Below, in pieces: positions 31,663 through 42,229 of a stretch of DNA of 64,000 nt. This DNA is from an uncultured Candidatus Rokubacteria bacterium (GTDB lineage Bacteria; Methylomirabilota; Methylomirabilia; Rokubacteriales; DASRDR01): positions 1,632,001 through 1,696,000 of the forward strand of contig CAWDVE010000010.1 in assembly GCA_963805625.1 (NCBI GenBank), read 5' to 3'. How positions within the stretch are numbered: the stretch's first letter is position 1; each line of letters opens with the position of its first letter. The notes below the pieces were generated by a model, which saw only the letters and a program-made list of their open reading frames with translations, made no database searches and had not been told where the DNA came from. Both the position numbers and the translations under genes were made by a program.

Positions 31663-34350
31663 GTGAACGACCACCGCCCGGATCCTGACGCGCTCCTGAC
31701 TCGAGTCCGGGAGGAGCAGGCTCGCCAGGGTCGCGGGAAGCTCAAGGTCTTCTTCGGGGCCGCCGCCGGTGTCGGGAAGACCTACGCGATGCTGGAGGCC
31801 GCGCGCGCCCAGCAGGCCGCGGGCGTCGACGTGGCTATCGGCTGGGTGGAGACGCACGGCCGGGCCGAGACGGAGGCACTCCTCCCCGGGCTAGAGCGGC
31901 TGCCGCCGCGCGCGGTCGAGTACCGCGGCACGACCCTGCGTGAGTTCGATCTCGACGCGGCCCTGGCCCGGCGCCCCGCCCTCATTCTCGTCGACGAGCT
32001 CGCCCACACGAACGCCCCGGGCTCCCGCCACGCGAAGCGCTGGCAGGACGTCACGGAGCTGCTGGCCGCCGGGATCGACGTCTACACGACCCTGAACGTC
32101 CAGCACCTCGAGAGCCTGAACGACGTCGTCGCGCGGGTGACGGAGGTGCCGACGCGGGAGACGGTCCCCGACTCGATCCTCGAAGAGGCGGCCGAGGTCG
32201 AGCTGGTCGATCTTCCCCCCGACGACCTGATCCAGCGCCTCAAGGAAGGGAAGGTCTACTTCCCCGAGCAAGCCGGTGAGGCCGTGCGCCGCTTCTTCCG
32301 AAAGGGCAACCTCATCGCCCTCCGGGAGCTGGCACTCCGGACCACCGCGGCACGAGTCGACGCCCAGATGGAGGTGTATCGGCGCGACCACGCCGTGCCG
32401 GGGACCTGGCCGGTGGCCGAGCGCATCCTGGTCTGCGTCAGCCCGAGCCCATTGGCCGCGCGCGTCGTCCGCGCGGCCCGGCGAATGGCGGCCGGGATGC
32501 ACGCCGAGTGGGTGGTCGTCAACGTGGAGACGCCGGCCACCGCCCACCCCGCGAACGCGGACCACGACCGCGTCGTCCAGACTCTCCGCCTCGCCGAGCA
32601 GCTCGGCGCCGAGACCGCCACTCTGTCGGGGCATGACGTCGCCGCGGAGGTGCTGGCCTACGCGCGCCGCCGCAACGTGACGCGCATCGTTCTCGGCAAG
32701 CCGGCGCGACCGCGCTGGCGGGAAATTCTGTTCGGCTCGGTGGTCAACGAGCTGGTCCGGCGGAGCGGCGACATCGACGTCTACGTCATCACCGGAGAGC
32801 GCGAGGGGCCGCAGCCGCCCGCAGCGGAGCGGCCGGCGCCGCCCATCGACTGGGCCGGTCACGCCAAGGCCGTGGGAATCGTGGCGGCCTGCACCGGACT
32901 GGCCGCGCTCATGTTCCCCCGATTCGCCCCCGCCAATCTCATCATGGTGTACCTCCTCGGCACCGTGCTGGCTGCCTGGCGTCTCGGCCGAGCACCTTCG
33001 ATCCTCGTGTCCGTCCTCAGCGTGGCGGCCTTCGACTTCTTCTTCGTCACTCCCTACTTGACCTTCGCGGTGTCCGACACGCAGTACCTCGTCACGTTCG
33101 CCGTCATGCTGGCCGTGGCGGTCGTGATCAGCACGCTCACCACACGCGTCCGGGCGCAGGCGGAGGCCTCGCGCCAGCGCGAGCGCCGGACCGCCGCCCT
33201 CTACTCGATGACCCGCGATCTGGTCAGTCAGCAGGGTCTGGACGAGCTACTGCGGGCGGCGACGCGCCACATCGCCGAAGTGTTCGGAAGCCGGGTGGCA
33301 GTATACCTCCCCGGCCCCGACGGCCAGCTCGTCCGGCGGGCGGGCGAGCTCGCCGCCGGGTCTGGAGACGCCAACGAACTCGGCGTCGCCCGGTGGGTGC
33401 AGGAGCATGGCCAGATGGCCGGCCGCGGGAGCGCGACCCTCCCCGGCGCGCGGGCACTCTATCTGCCCCTCCTTGCCGCACGCGGTACAGTCGGGGTCCT
33501 CGGAGTCGAGACCACGGCCGAGACCCTGGCGACGCCCGAGCAGCTCCATCTGCTCGAGACTATCGCTGCGCAGGCGGCCCTGGCCATCGAGCGCGTGGCG
33601 CTGGTAGACGAGGCCCAGCAGGCCAGCATCCGGTCCGAGACGGAACGGCTTCGGAACTCGCTGCTGAGCGCCGTGTCCCACGACCTCCGCACACCCCTCG
33701 CCACCATCACCGGATCGGCCAGCGCTCTCGTGGAGCAGGAGGCAGGACTGGACGCGGCAGCGCGGCGCGAGCTGGCCCAGGCGATCCAGGAGGAAGCCGA
33801 GCGCCTGAATCGCCTCGTGCACAACCTCCTCGAGATGACGCGTCTCGAGTCCGGCGGCATCCGCGTGCGCAAGGACTGGGAACCCCTGGAAGAGGTGGTC
33901 GGGAGCGCCCTGGCGCGCGTGGAGAAGCGCCTCGGCGCGCGCCGCGTCGACATCCAGCTGGCTCCCGACTTGCCGCTGGTGCCGCTCGATCCCCTGCTCA
34001 TCGAGCAGGTGCTGATCAACCTGCTCGACAACGCCATCAAGTACGCGCCCGGCGACACGCCGATCGAGATCTCGGCCTCCGCCGACGAGCACGCCGTGCG
34101 CGTGACCGTCGCGGACCGGGGGCCGGGGTTCGCGCCGGGCGAGGAAACGCGCGTCTTCGACAAGTTCTACCGGGGGCAGGAGGCGGGAGCGCGCAGCGGG
34201 GCGGGTCTCGGTCTCGCCATCGCGCGGGGCATCGTCGAGGTCCACGGCGGCGAGATCACGGCGGAGCCGCGCCCGGGCGGCGGGGCCCTGTTCCGGTTCA
34301 CCCTGCCGCTGGCGGCGAAGCCCCCGGAGATCCGGTCGGACGATGGCTGA
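31663..34350 (+). CDS. kdpD: Sensor histidine kinase KdpD
   Basis: GAAAGVGKTYAML, DELAHTN, USP, four TM, GAF, SHDLRTPL, GAGLGLAI. Confidence 0.97.
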   Translation: MNDHRPDPDALLTRVREEQARQGRGKLKVFFGAAAGVGKTYAMLEAARAQQAAGVDVAIGWVETHGRAETEALLPGLERLPPRAVEYRGTTLREFDLDAALARRPALILVDELAHTNAPGSRHAKRWQDVTELLAAGIDVYTTLNVQHLESLNDVVARVTEVPTRETVPDSILEEAAEVELVDLPPDDLIQRLKEGKVYFPEQAGEAVRRFFRKGNLIALRELALRTTAARVDAQMEVYRRDHAVPGTWPVAERILVCVSPSPLAARVVRAARRMAAGMHAEWVVVNVETPATAHPANADHDRVVQTLRLAEQLGAETATLSGHDVAAEVLAYARRRNVTRIVLGKPARPRWREILFGSVVNELVRRSGDIDVYVITGEREGPQPPAAERPAPPIDWAGHAKAVGIVAACTGLAALMFPRFAPANLIMVYLLGTVLAAWRLGRAPSILVSVLSVAAFDFFFVTPYLTFAVSDTQYLVTFAVMLAVAVVISTLTTRVRAQAEASRQRERRTAALYSMTRDLVSQQGLDELLRAATRHIAEVFGSRVAVYLPGPDGQLVRRAGELAAGSGDANELGVARWVQEHGQMAGRGSATLPGARALYLPLLAARGTVGVLGVETTAETLATPEQLHLLETIAAQAALAIERVALVDEAQQASIRSETERLRNSLLSAVSHDLRTPLATITGSASALVEQEAGLDAAARRELAQAIQEEAERLNRLVHNLLEMTRLESGGIRVRKDWEPLEEVVGSALARVEKRLGARRVDIQLAPDLPLVPLDPLLIEQVLINLLDNAIKYAPGDTPIEISASADEHAVRVTVADRGPGFAPGEETRVFDKFYRGQEAGARSGAGLGLAIARGIVEVHGGEITAEPRPGGGALFRFTLPLAAKPPEIRSDDG

Positions 34351-35074
34351 GAACGAGAGCGGCCGCGAGCATCCGCGTTCGCCGACCGCCGGCCCGGTGG
34401 TGCTGGTCATCGAGGACGAGCCGCCGATCCGACGCTTCCTCCGTCCCACGCTCACGAGCCAGGGCTATCGCATCGTCGAGGCCGAGACCGGGGAGGACGG
34501 CCTGCTGCAGGCAGCGACCCGGCAGCCCGACCTCGTGATCCTCGACCTCGGGCTTCCCGACCTGGATGGTCTCCAGGTCATCCGCCGGCTGCGCGAGTGG
34601 ACCACGGTGCCGATCATCGTCCTCTCCGCCCGCGGGGCGGAGGCGGACAAGGTTGCCGCCCTGGACGCCGGTGCGGACGACTACGTGGCCAAGCCCTTCG
34701 CCGTGGGCGAGCTTCTCGCGCGCGCACGCGTCGCCCTGCGGCACGCCACGCTCGGGCGCGAGCCCGGCGAGTCCACGTTCGAGGCCGGGGGCCTCCGCGT
34801 GGACCTCGCGCGGCGAAGGGTCTGGCTCGGCGAGGCCGAGGTGCGTCTCACGCCCATCGAGTACCGCCTCCTCGCCGTCCTCGTCCGCCACGCCGGGAAG
34901 GTGCTCACGCACCGGCAGCTATTGCAGGAGGTCTGGGGCCCCGGGCAGGTCGAGCAGACGCACTACCTGCGCGTGTACATGGCGAACCTCCGCCGGAAGC
35001 TCGAGGCGGATCCGGCGCGCCCGCGCCTGCTGCGGACGGAGCCGGGAGTGGGCTACCGCCTACTCACCGAGTGA
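34343..35074 (+). CDS. kdpE: OmpR-family response regulator KdpE
   Basis: IEDE, LDLGLPD, YLRVYMANLRRKLE..TEPGVGYR. Confidence 0.95.
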   Translation: MAENESGREHPRSPTAGPVVLVIEDEPPIRRFLRPTLTSQGYRIVEAETGEDGLLQAATRQPDLVILDLGLPDLDGLQVIRRLREWTTVPIIVLSARGAEADKVAALDAGADDYVAKPFAVGELLARARVALRHATLGREPGESTFEAGGLRVDLARRRVWLGEAEVRLTPIEYRLLAVLVRHAGKVLTHRQLLQEVWGPGQVEQTHYLRVYMANLRRKLEADPARPRLLRTEPGVGYRLLTE

Positions 35075-35086
35075 GGCGCGTCGGCC

Positions 35087-36031
35087 TCAGCCCGAGCCGC
35101 CGCCCAACCCGCTGAAGGTCGCGGCGCGCACGCGCAGGACCGCATAGAGGAGGTCGTAGACAGGCGTGGGCACGGAGAGGCGCCGGCCGAGCCGGACGAC
35201 GGCGCCGGTGATCTCCTCCAGCTCGACCCGGCGACCGCGCTCGAAATCGAGCTGCATCGAGGTCCTCATGTCCGCGGGGAGAGTCTGGATCAGGGCGACG
35301 GCGGTCTCGACGGCGTCGGCCGGGAGGGTCGCGCCGGCCCCCCGGCCGACGGCGACGGTCTCGGCGATGAGGGCGCGGTAGAGCGCAGCGCCTTCCGGGG
35401 TGCTCCGGACCTGACCGATCGTCGCTCGGCACGCGGTCGCGAGCGTCGCACCGGGCGCCAGACGGATGAACTTCTCCCAGACCGTCCGGCGAACGTCGGT
35501 CGTCACGCGGACCTCGACTCCGGTGTCCCGGAGGGCGGCCGCGACCGACTCCAGACGCGGGGTGACCTCGCCGGATGGCTCCCCGAGCTCGATGCGCCGG
35601 ATGGGGTTCGTCTGGTCGATGACTCCCGGCTCGGCGATGGTCGTCGCGATCAGCGTCGTCCCGACCAGAACGCGATCCGCCCCGAGGACGGCGCCCAGAC
35701 GGTCTCCGCTCTCGACCCCGTTCTGGAGGGTGAGGACGGTGGTCTGCGCGCCCACCACCGGCCGGAGGCCGAGGGCCGCCGGCTCCGTGTCGTACCCCTT
35801 GACGGTGAACAGCACGAGGTCGAAACGGCCGCCCGCCTCGGCCGGGTCGGCGACGGCGTGGACCGGGTGCAGGACCGTCGAGCGTCCCCCGCTCCGGATC
35901 GTGAGGCCGCGCGCTCGGAGCGCGTCGAGATGCGCGCCGCGAGCGACGAACGTGACCGCATGGCCGCGCTCGGCGAGCGCCGCGCCGTAGAAGCCACCCA
36001 CGGCGCCGGCGCCCATCACGAGCACTCGCAC
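35087..36031 (-). CDS. Ketopantoate reductase (PanE/ApbA) family protein
   Basis: VLVMGAGAVGG, TLQNG, WEKF, SMQLD..ELE. Confidence 0.88.
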   Translation of the reverse strand: MRVLVMGAGAVGGFYGAALAERGHAVTFVARGAHLDALRARGLTIRSGGRSTVLHPVHAVADPAEAGGRFDLVLFTVKGYDTEPAALGLRPVVGAQTTVLTLQNGVESGDRLGAVLGADRVLVGTTLIATTIAEPGVIDQTNPIRRIELGEPSGEVTPRLESVAAALRDTGVEVRVTTDVRRTVWEKFIRLAPGATLATACRATIGQVRSTPEGAALYRALIAETVAVGRGAGATLPADAVETAVALIQTLPADMRTSMQLDFERGRRVELEEITGAVVRLGRRLSVPTPVYDLLYAVLRVRAATFSGLGGGSG

Positions 36032-36051
36032 GGGGGAGGGAGCCGGCGAGC

Positions 36052-37038
36052 CTACAGGCCGAACAGCCGTTGGGCGTTGCGGCCGCGGACGGCGTCCCGC
36101 TGCCCGGCCGGCAGCGCGTCCACCCGGGCCAGGCAGCCCTTCATGTCTCCGATGTTGTGGGGATAGTCGGAGCCGTAGAGGACGCGATCGGCCCCGCCGA
36201 CGTCGATGCACATGGCAAGGGCATCCGAGCGGTACGTGACGGAGTCGTAGTAGAGGCGCCGCATGTACTCGCTCGGAGGCGTCGACGTCTTCGTCCGGGC
36301 GGCGTTCATCTTGTCGAAGCACTGATCGAGTCGCCCGACGAGATACGGGAGGGCTCCGCCCGCGTGCGAGACGATCAGCTTCACGTCAGGGTAGCGGTCC
36401 AGGAAGCCGTCGAACATGAGACGCGCGATCGCAAGGCTGGTGTCGAACATGAAACCGATGCTCGCGATCAGGTTGAATTCCCTGAGGGCCATGTCGGGCG
36501 TTCCCGGCGGCGCCGTCGGATGCACCAAGACGGGGAGCGCGCGCCGGTCGATCGCCGCCCACACCGGCCCGAACAGTGGGTCGGTGAGGGGCCGGCCGGC
36601 GATGTTCGCCAGCACCATGACGCCCACCGCGCCCCGGTCAGTGGCTCGCGCCAGCTCGGTCACGGCCACCTCGGGGTGCTCCCAGGGGAGCGAGCAGAGC
36701 CAGCGAATGCGCGACGGATACGCGAGCTGGGCGCCCGCCATGTCGTCGTTGACGACCTGCGCGGCCTTGAGGCTCACGTCGCGGCCGCCCCAGTACACGT
36801 TCGGGCACGTGAGCGAGATGATCGCCAGATCGACGCCTGCCTCGTCCATCTGACGGATGCGATACGGGTAGTCGAAGTGCCCCGGCTGAGGCGTCATGAA
36901 GGGAGCGCCGTCGAGAAAGATGCCCTCCGGCGCGTCCAGGCTCTTCCGGAGCTCGTAGCGGGGCCGACCGTGAGCGCGCAGGAGCTCCAGCCAGTCACGG
37001 TTCAGCATGTGGGTGTGTACGTCGATCGCGGGCGTCAT
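36052..37038 (-). CDS. Amidohydrolase-2 family (ACMSD/LigW-like decarboxylase or hydratase)
   Basis: DVHTH, VLVHP, SHAGGALP, GSDYPH. Confidence 0.9.
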   Translation of the reverse strand: MTPAIDVHTHMLNRDWLELLRAHGRPRYELRKSLDAPEGIFLDGAPFMTPQPGHFDYPYRIRQMDEAGVDLAIISLTCPNVYWGGRDVSLKAAQVVNDDMAGAQLAYPSRIRWLCSLPWEHPEVAVTELARATDRGAVGVMVLANIAGRPLTDPLFGPVWAAIDRRALPVLVHPTAPPGTPDMALREFNLIASIGFMFDTSLAIARLMFDGFLDRYPDVKLIVSHAGGALPYLVGRLDQCFDKMNAARTKTSTPPSEYMRRLYYDSVTYRSDALAMCIDVGGADRVLYGSDYPHNIGDMKGCLARVDALPAGQRDAVRGRNAQRLFGL

Positions 37039-37225
37039 GCGCGCTCCTCCATCACCGACACGTTTGGGTCTGCGAGGTGCCCGTCCGGACGACCGAGACG
37101 AGGGAAACCCGCACGGAGAGCCTTGTCAAGAGGCGGGAGCGCGGCGAGCCGGGCGGTCTGCCGGAGCGCTCAGCTCGCCTCGACGTCGAGATCCGTGCGG
37201 TCGATGTCGTCGATGGCGGCGCAGC

Positions 37226-37426
37226 TCACGGAAGGTGCGAATGCAGACGAGGGGTGACCCTGGCTGTTCTGGAGCGAGTTGCCGAAGTCGAAGTTGGAGA
37301 AGGGAGCGACCTCGAACTCGGCGGTCTCACGCTCGAGAACCCCTTCGAGCTCGAATCGCCCTCGCAACCGGCGAGAAGAAGCGCCGCCAATCCTGCCATC
37401 ACCGCACCGCCCAGCCAGTACCGCAT
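37226..37426 (-). CDS. Small putative lipoprotein
   Basis: GAGGAG RBS; MRYWLGGAVMAGLAALLLAGC lipobox; Ser-rich tail; 3' frame uncertain. Confidence 0.45.
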   Translation of the reverse strand: MRYWLGGAVMAGLAALLLAGCEGDSSSKGFSSVRPPSSRSLPSPTSTSATRSRTARVTPRLHSHLP

Positions 37427-37797
37427 CTGTCTCCTCTTCGGGTCGTCCGGGTGTCTTCTATCGCTCCAGGAACGCCACATCAAGGCGACATCGGGTCGCC
37501 GAGTCGTCATCCTGTCGTGAGCGGCGGCCGCCAAGACATCACGTCGGCAAGCAACCCGAAAAACCCGAAAAACCCCAGATCCAGATTTTCCCGGAATGCA
37601 TCTCGGGAGGGCTGTCCACGCCGCGACTCTTCCCCGTTAGATTTCGCGAATGCTCCGCCTTCGTGGCGCCAGACTCCGTCACCGTGTCGTCCGCACGCCA
37701 GCCTGTCGGGGACGACGCAGTGGCGGTCTCCTTTCCTCCCACCTTCGCCCTGGCGGCCACCGGCACAACCCTTGCTCCGATGGAGAACATGACTCAC

Positions 37798-38339
37798 ATG
37801 GCCCGGTCCGATCCACGCGGCGCGACGGCCGAGTACCACGACGAGTACTCGGAGATCCTCGGAACGGAGTTCCGCAAGCTGCAGGACGCTTTCCTCAGCG
37901 ACACCGTGAGTCTGCTCGCCACGCGTGAGCCCATCCGACTCCCCGAGACCGCGCGCATCGAGGAGGCCCTCGAGGCAATGCTGGCGGAGGACCACGTGGC
38001 AGTGGTCGTGATCGACGAGGAGGGACGGCTCTCTGGTATCGCCACCGACCGGGATTTGCTGAAGTGGGTTCGCGCGACCGATCGCGATCCGGGTCCGACA
38101 CGCCTCAGGGCGGTGATGACGGGGGACCCGGAGGCCATCGGGCCGGACGATCGGATCTGCTCCGCATGATGGCGATGAGCTGTCGCACCGTGCCGCTCGT
38201 CGACGGGGAGCGACATCCCATGGGGATCGTGACCGTGGAGGACATCGCCAAGTGGCTGGCCGTGCTCGTCCCGGAGCCCATCCTCAACCTGCGGCCGGGA
38301 GACTGGCTGAAGCGACCGGTGGAGCGGGACGGGGGTTAG
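37798..38339 (+). pseudogene. CBS-pair protein with a frameshift or small deletion near 38160
   Basis: VVVIDEEGRLSGIATDRDLL..VMTGDPE in one frame; RTVPLVDGERHPMGIVTVEDI in another. Confidence 0.7.
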
Positions 38340-38441
38340 CACGCTCGCCGGCCGGAACGAAGTATGGTCCTTGCTGGCCAGACACGCGGCGTGGATCGCG
38401 GCGAAGGCCGGGGGACTGCATATACACGTCGAAGAGGAGCC

Positions 38442-38855
38442 ATGACCCGATCTCTCGCTCTCGCGCTGGCAATGGCCGGAATGTTGGGGGTCGCCGGGGC
38501 GAGCCTCACGGAGGCCGCCGGTCCCGTCATCGTGCAGCTGACTCCCCAGAACAACTCCGGTGAGGCGGGGACGGCGACGCTCACCGAGCAGGGGGCGAAG
38601 ACCAAGGTGGTGGTCGGCATCAACGGGGCACCGGCGAGGGTCGCCCAGCCCCTGCACGTTCACAACGGCACCTGCGCCAAGCTCGACCCCAAGCCGGCCT
38701 ACGGACTCACAACCCTGACCGACGGCAAGTCGGAGACGACGATCGACGTGTCGCTGACCGCGCTCCAGACCGGCGAGTTCGCGATCAACGGCCACAAGTC
38801 CGCCCAGGACGCGAACACGTACGTCTTCTGCGGGAACATCCCCGGCTCGTCGTAG
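38442..38855 (+). CDS. Secreted Cu/Zn-SOD-like / CHRD-like beta-sandwich protein
   Basis: Signal peptide, GAGGAG RBS, SGEAGTATL, QPLHVHNGTC, INGHKS, CGNI. Confidence 0.65.
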   Translation: MTRSLALALAMAGMLGVAGASLTEAAGPVIVQLTPQNNSGEAGTATLTEQGAKTKVVVGINGAPARVAQPLHVHNGTCAKLDPKPAYGLTTLTDGKSETTIDVSLTALQTGEFAINGHKSAQDANTYVFCGNIPGSS

Positions 38856-38871
38856 GAAACGCGAGGTAGAA

Positions 38872-39144
38872 ATGGCTCAGAGGGCGAAGACCAAGGACTC
38901 AAAGATTCCGGCGGACAGGCCTGCACGCGACAGCCAGGTCCCGCCTCGCGAGGTAGAGAAGCGTCGCCCCCCCCCGGGCCCTCCGGGGGCCAGTGCCCGA
39001 AAGACGGCCGAAGCGCGACGATCGGAGCCCTCCGAGGACTTCGCCCAGCGCGACATCGAGACCGCCGACGAGCCCGCGGAGCAGCACGATCGCCGTCATC
39101 ACGACCGCGGCGGCCGCGACGTGGAATCCAGCCAGCCCGTGTAG
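38872..39144 (+). CDS. Small hydrophilic hypothetical protein
   Basis: GAGG RBS and ATG directly after the upstream gene; no motif. Confidence 0.45.
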   Translation: MAQRAKTKDSKIPADRPARDSQVPPREVEKRRPPPGPPGASARKTAEARRSEPSEDFAQRDIETADEPAEQHDRRHHDRGGRDVESSQPV

Positions 39145-39453
39145 CCAGCCCGCCCCTCGCAGTGCAGTAGCCCCACCCATCATCACGCTGGTTGGGCGCC
39201 GGGACGCCTCGGCGGGCAGCCCCGCCGAGGCGTTGGTCCGCACGGCCGGGTCGATCGACAGTTGGACGATCCGCGCCTCGCGTCGATCGAAGGCTCGACT
39301 GAAATCCTGGCTCCCTCGCCCGGCTCGTGAGCGTGCCCCCACGCGACAGACCCGGTCTCGACTACGCTATGCTGTGCGTGCCGGCCGATTGGGCTCCGGA
39401 GACCGCGCGCCGGTCGGGGCTGGACCACGTCGGATGACCATAGTGGAGGCGCC

Positions 39454-40320
39454 ATGATCGAGCGACGACCGTTCGGACGGACGGGCCATCAGAGCACGGT
39501 GACGCTGTTCGGAGCCGCCGCCCTGGCCCGCGCCAGCCAGGCGGAGGCCGACCGCACGCTGGAGCTGCTGCTCCGCCACGGGGTCAACCACATCGACACG
39601 GCCGCGCGCTACGGCGACTCCGAGCTTCGCATCGGACCGTGGATGGCCCGCCACCGGCGGGACTTCTTCCTCGCGACCAAGACCGGCCAGCGCACCGCGC
39701 GCGAGGCGCGCGAGGACATCCACCGGTCACTCGAGCGGCTTCGGGTCGACCACGTCGATCTGATCCAGCTGCATTCCCTCGGCCATCCGGACGACTGGGA
39801 TCAGGCCATGGGACCGGGTGGCGCCCTCGAAGCCGTGATCGAAGCGCGAGCCCAGGGGCTAGCGCGGTTCATCGGCGTCACCGGCCATGGCTGGACGATC
39901 GCCGCCATGCACCGGCGCAGCCTGACCCGCTTCGACTTCGACGCGGTGCTGCTCCCGTACAACTACTTCATGGCCCAGGACGAGCGCTACCGGAGTGCCT
40001 TCGAGGAGCTCCTGGCGACCTGCCGGGAGCGCCGCGTGGCCGTCCAGGTCATCAAGTCGATCGCGCGCGGGCCGTGGGCCACCACGGAGCGGTCCCACAC
40101 CACCTGGTACCAGCCCCTCGAGGAACAGGGTGACATCGACCGGGCCGTGCACTGGGTGCTCGACGTGCCGAGCGTGTTCCTCAACACCGCGGGCGATCTC
40201 ACCCTGCTGCCGCGCATCCTCGACGCGGCGAGCCGCTTCACGCGCCGGCCGCCGGACGAGGCGATGGGAACGATGCTCGCGTCCACCCGGATGACGTCCC
40301 TGTTCGGGCTCCCCAGCTGA
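39454..40320 (+). CDS. Aldo/keto reductase
   Basis: [32 protein letters not shown]. Confidence 0.92.
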   Translation: MIERRPFGRTGHQSTVTLFGAAALARASQAEADRTLELLLRHGVNHIDTAARYGDSELRIGPWMARHRRDFFLATKTGQRTAREAREDIHRSLERLRVDHVDLIQLHSLGHPDDWDQAMGPGGALEAVIEARAQGLARFIGVTGHGWTIAAMHRRSLTRFDFDAVLLPYNYFMAQDERYRSAFEELLATCRERRVAVQVIKSIARGPWATTERSHTTWYQPLEEQGDIDRAVHWVLDVPSVFLNTAGDLTLLPRILDAASRFTRRPPDEAMGTMLASTRMTSLFGLPS

Positions 40321-40370
40321 CCGGGGCCCCCCGCCCGGCGATGAACGCGCGCCAGCGGGTGGCTCTCCCC

Positions 40371-40774
40371 TGACGCGGCGCCCTCTCTCGGCTCCGCGTC
40401 GGCGATCGGCGGCTCCGGGCCGAGCCCTCCCTCGGTCCACGAGAACGATCGCGACGCGAGCTCGGCCGGCAGGGCCGGTGCGCCCCCGTCCGCCACCTCC
40501 CGCGCGTAGGCGAGCAGCGCCTCGACCAGCTCGGGCGCGTTCATGCGCCGAAACCAGAGCGGCCGCCCGCCCAGATAGAGGAGCATGACGTTCGCCTCGC
40601 TGCACGGACCGAGACACTCGGCGAACGCGAGCCGGACCCGGTCCGCGACGCCCGACGTCTTGTGAAGCCGCCGGGGCGTCGACTTCAGGACTCGGGGCGG
40701 CGCCAGCGGCCACCCCGGTCCGGATGCCCGCAGCAGCACCCGCTGCACGCGAGGATCAGGCCGAGGTCAGGCAT
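40371..40774 (-). pseudogene. Thioredoxin-like (2Fe-2S) ferredoxin, CxGCCCG type, frameshifted near 40709; 3' end uncertain
   Basis: MPDLGLILACSGCCCGHPDRGG then frame switch to LAPPRVLK..AECLGPCSEANV. Confidence 0.65.
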
Positions 40775-40935
40775 GGCCGGCCCGGGCGAGCCGCTCGCGG
40801 CCCTCGGTTCGGTCGCGGCCGAGGATCGCCAGAGCCGTGGCAAGCACGACCCAGAAGATCACCAGCCCCGCCAATGACAGCGCACGGAATGGCCGAACGA
40901 TCGCCTCGGACACCTGCACCGGGTCAGGGTTCGAT
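40767..40935 (-). pseudogene. C-terminal remnant of a CbtA-like cobalt transporter
   Basis: NPDPVQVSEAIVRPFRALSLAGLVIFWVVLA..GHA*; no N-terminal part; stop overlaps the ferredoxin ATG. Confidence 0.55.
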
Positions 40936-41137
40936 AACAAAGCCCCAGGAACGCGTCAAGGCGGCATCGCCCCGTCCGTCATCGACCGGCGATGCGCCGG
41001 TGACGCAGAACGCGAGCTCCATGGATTCGACAAGGCAGAGTAAACTGAGGCAGACGGCCGCGCCTGGTCCCACTGGCGGGATCGACGAGCGGGCCGGGGC
41101 CCGGAACGACGCGGCTCACGAGCGGAGGATCGACGGC

Positions 41138-42025
41138 ATGCTCACCAAGGACCAGATTCAGGCCTACAGGACGGACGGCTACCTGTTGGTCGAGAACGTG
41201 CTGAGCGCGCGGGAGCTCGCGACACTGCGCCAGGTCACCGACGACCTGGTGGCGGCATCTCACGCGGTCACCGAGCACAACCACATCTACGACCTGGAGC
41301 CGACCCACACACCCCAGGAGCCGCGGGTGCGCCGGATCAAGGAGCCGCACAACGTCCACCCGGCCTACCGGGAGATCGCCTTCAGCAAGAAGATCGCAGA
41401 GATCCTGACCCCGCTGATGGGCCCCTCTGGCATCCGGTACCAGACCGGCAAGCTGAACATGAAGGCAGCCGGCTACGGAGCGGCGGTGGAGTGGCATCAG
41501 GACTGGGCGTTCTATCCCCACACCAACGACGACCTGCTGGCGATCGGGCTCTATTTCGACGACTGCGGGCCGGACAACGGGCCGCTGATGGTGATCCCGG
41601 GCAGCCACCGATGGCCGATCTCCGATCACCACAGCGGCGGCGTGTTCTGCGGCGCGATCGACCCCATCACCGCCGGCATCGACTTCTCGAAGGCCGTGAT
41701 GCTGACCGGCAAGGCCGGCAGTATGACCATCCACCATGTCCGGATGGTTCACGGCTCGGCGCTGAACACCTCCGGCCGGCCGCGGCGCCTGCTGCTGTTC
41801 CAGTACACCGCGGTCGACGCCTTCCCGCTCCTGGGCATCCCGGACTGGGAGCAGTTCAACGCCAACATCGTGACCGGCGAGCCGACCGTGGAGCCCCGGC
41901 TGACCCCGGTGCCCGTGCGGATCCCGCTGCCGGTCGCGCCCTTCGCGGGATCCATCTACGAGAATCAGCGCTCGCTGGGCAACCGGTACTTCGAGGTCTA
42001 CGAGGAGACGCAGAAGACCGTCTAA
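41138..42025 (+). CDS. Phytanoyl-CoA dioxygenase (PhyH) family Fe(II)/2-oxoglutarate enzyme
   Basis: DGYL, WHQD, NGPLMVIPGSH, HGS..N.S...R. Confidence 0.92.
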   Translation: MLTKDQIQAYRTDGYLLVENVLSARELATLRQVTDDLVAASHAVTEHNHIYDLEPTHTPQEPRVRRIKEPHNVHPAYREIAFSKKIAEILTPLMGPSGIRYQTGKLNMKAAGYGAAVEWHQDWAFYPHTNDDLLAIGLYFDDCGPDNGPLMVIPGSHRWPISDHHSGGVFCGAIDPITAGIDFSKAVMLTGKAGSMTIHHVRMVHGSALNTSGRPRRLLLFQYTAVDAFPLLGIPDWEQFNANIVTGEPTVEPRLTPVPVRIPLPVAPFAGSIYENQRSLGNRYFEVYEETQKTV

Positions 42026-42134
42026 GCACTCTGAACCTTCGAGCCGCCTGATCAGGACGTTTCGATCACGGCTTCGTGAGTCCCTCGGGCCTCTGCTTGG
42101 GCTGACCCGTACGCCCCGCCGGGCTCGAGGTCCC

Positions 42135-42203
42135 ATCGCCTTCTACTTCCTGATGCAGCGCTACTTCGTCAGCGGCGTGACGAGCGGTGCCATCAAGGGC
42201 TGA
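42135..42203 (+). pseudogene. Extreme C-terminal remnant of a sugar ABC permease
   Basis: IAFYFLMQRYFVSGVTSGAIKG* matches the MalG-type terminus; no upstream coding part. Confidence 0.65.
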
Positions 42204-42229
42204 CGTCCACCAAGAAGGAGCCCGACCCG

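Noticed and set aside
37553-37575. AACCCGAAA repeated about 2.5 times
   Set aside because: Too short and isolated to interpret; likely slippage
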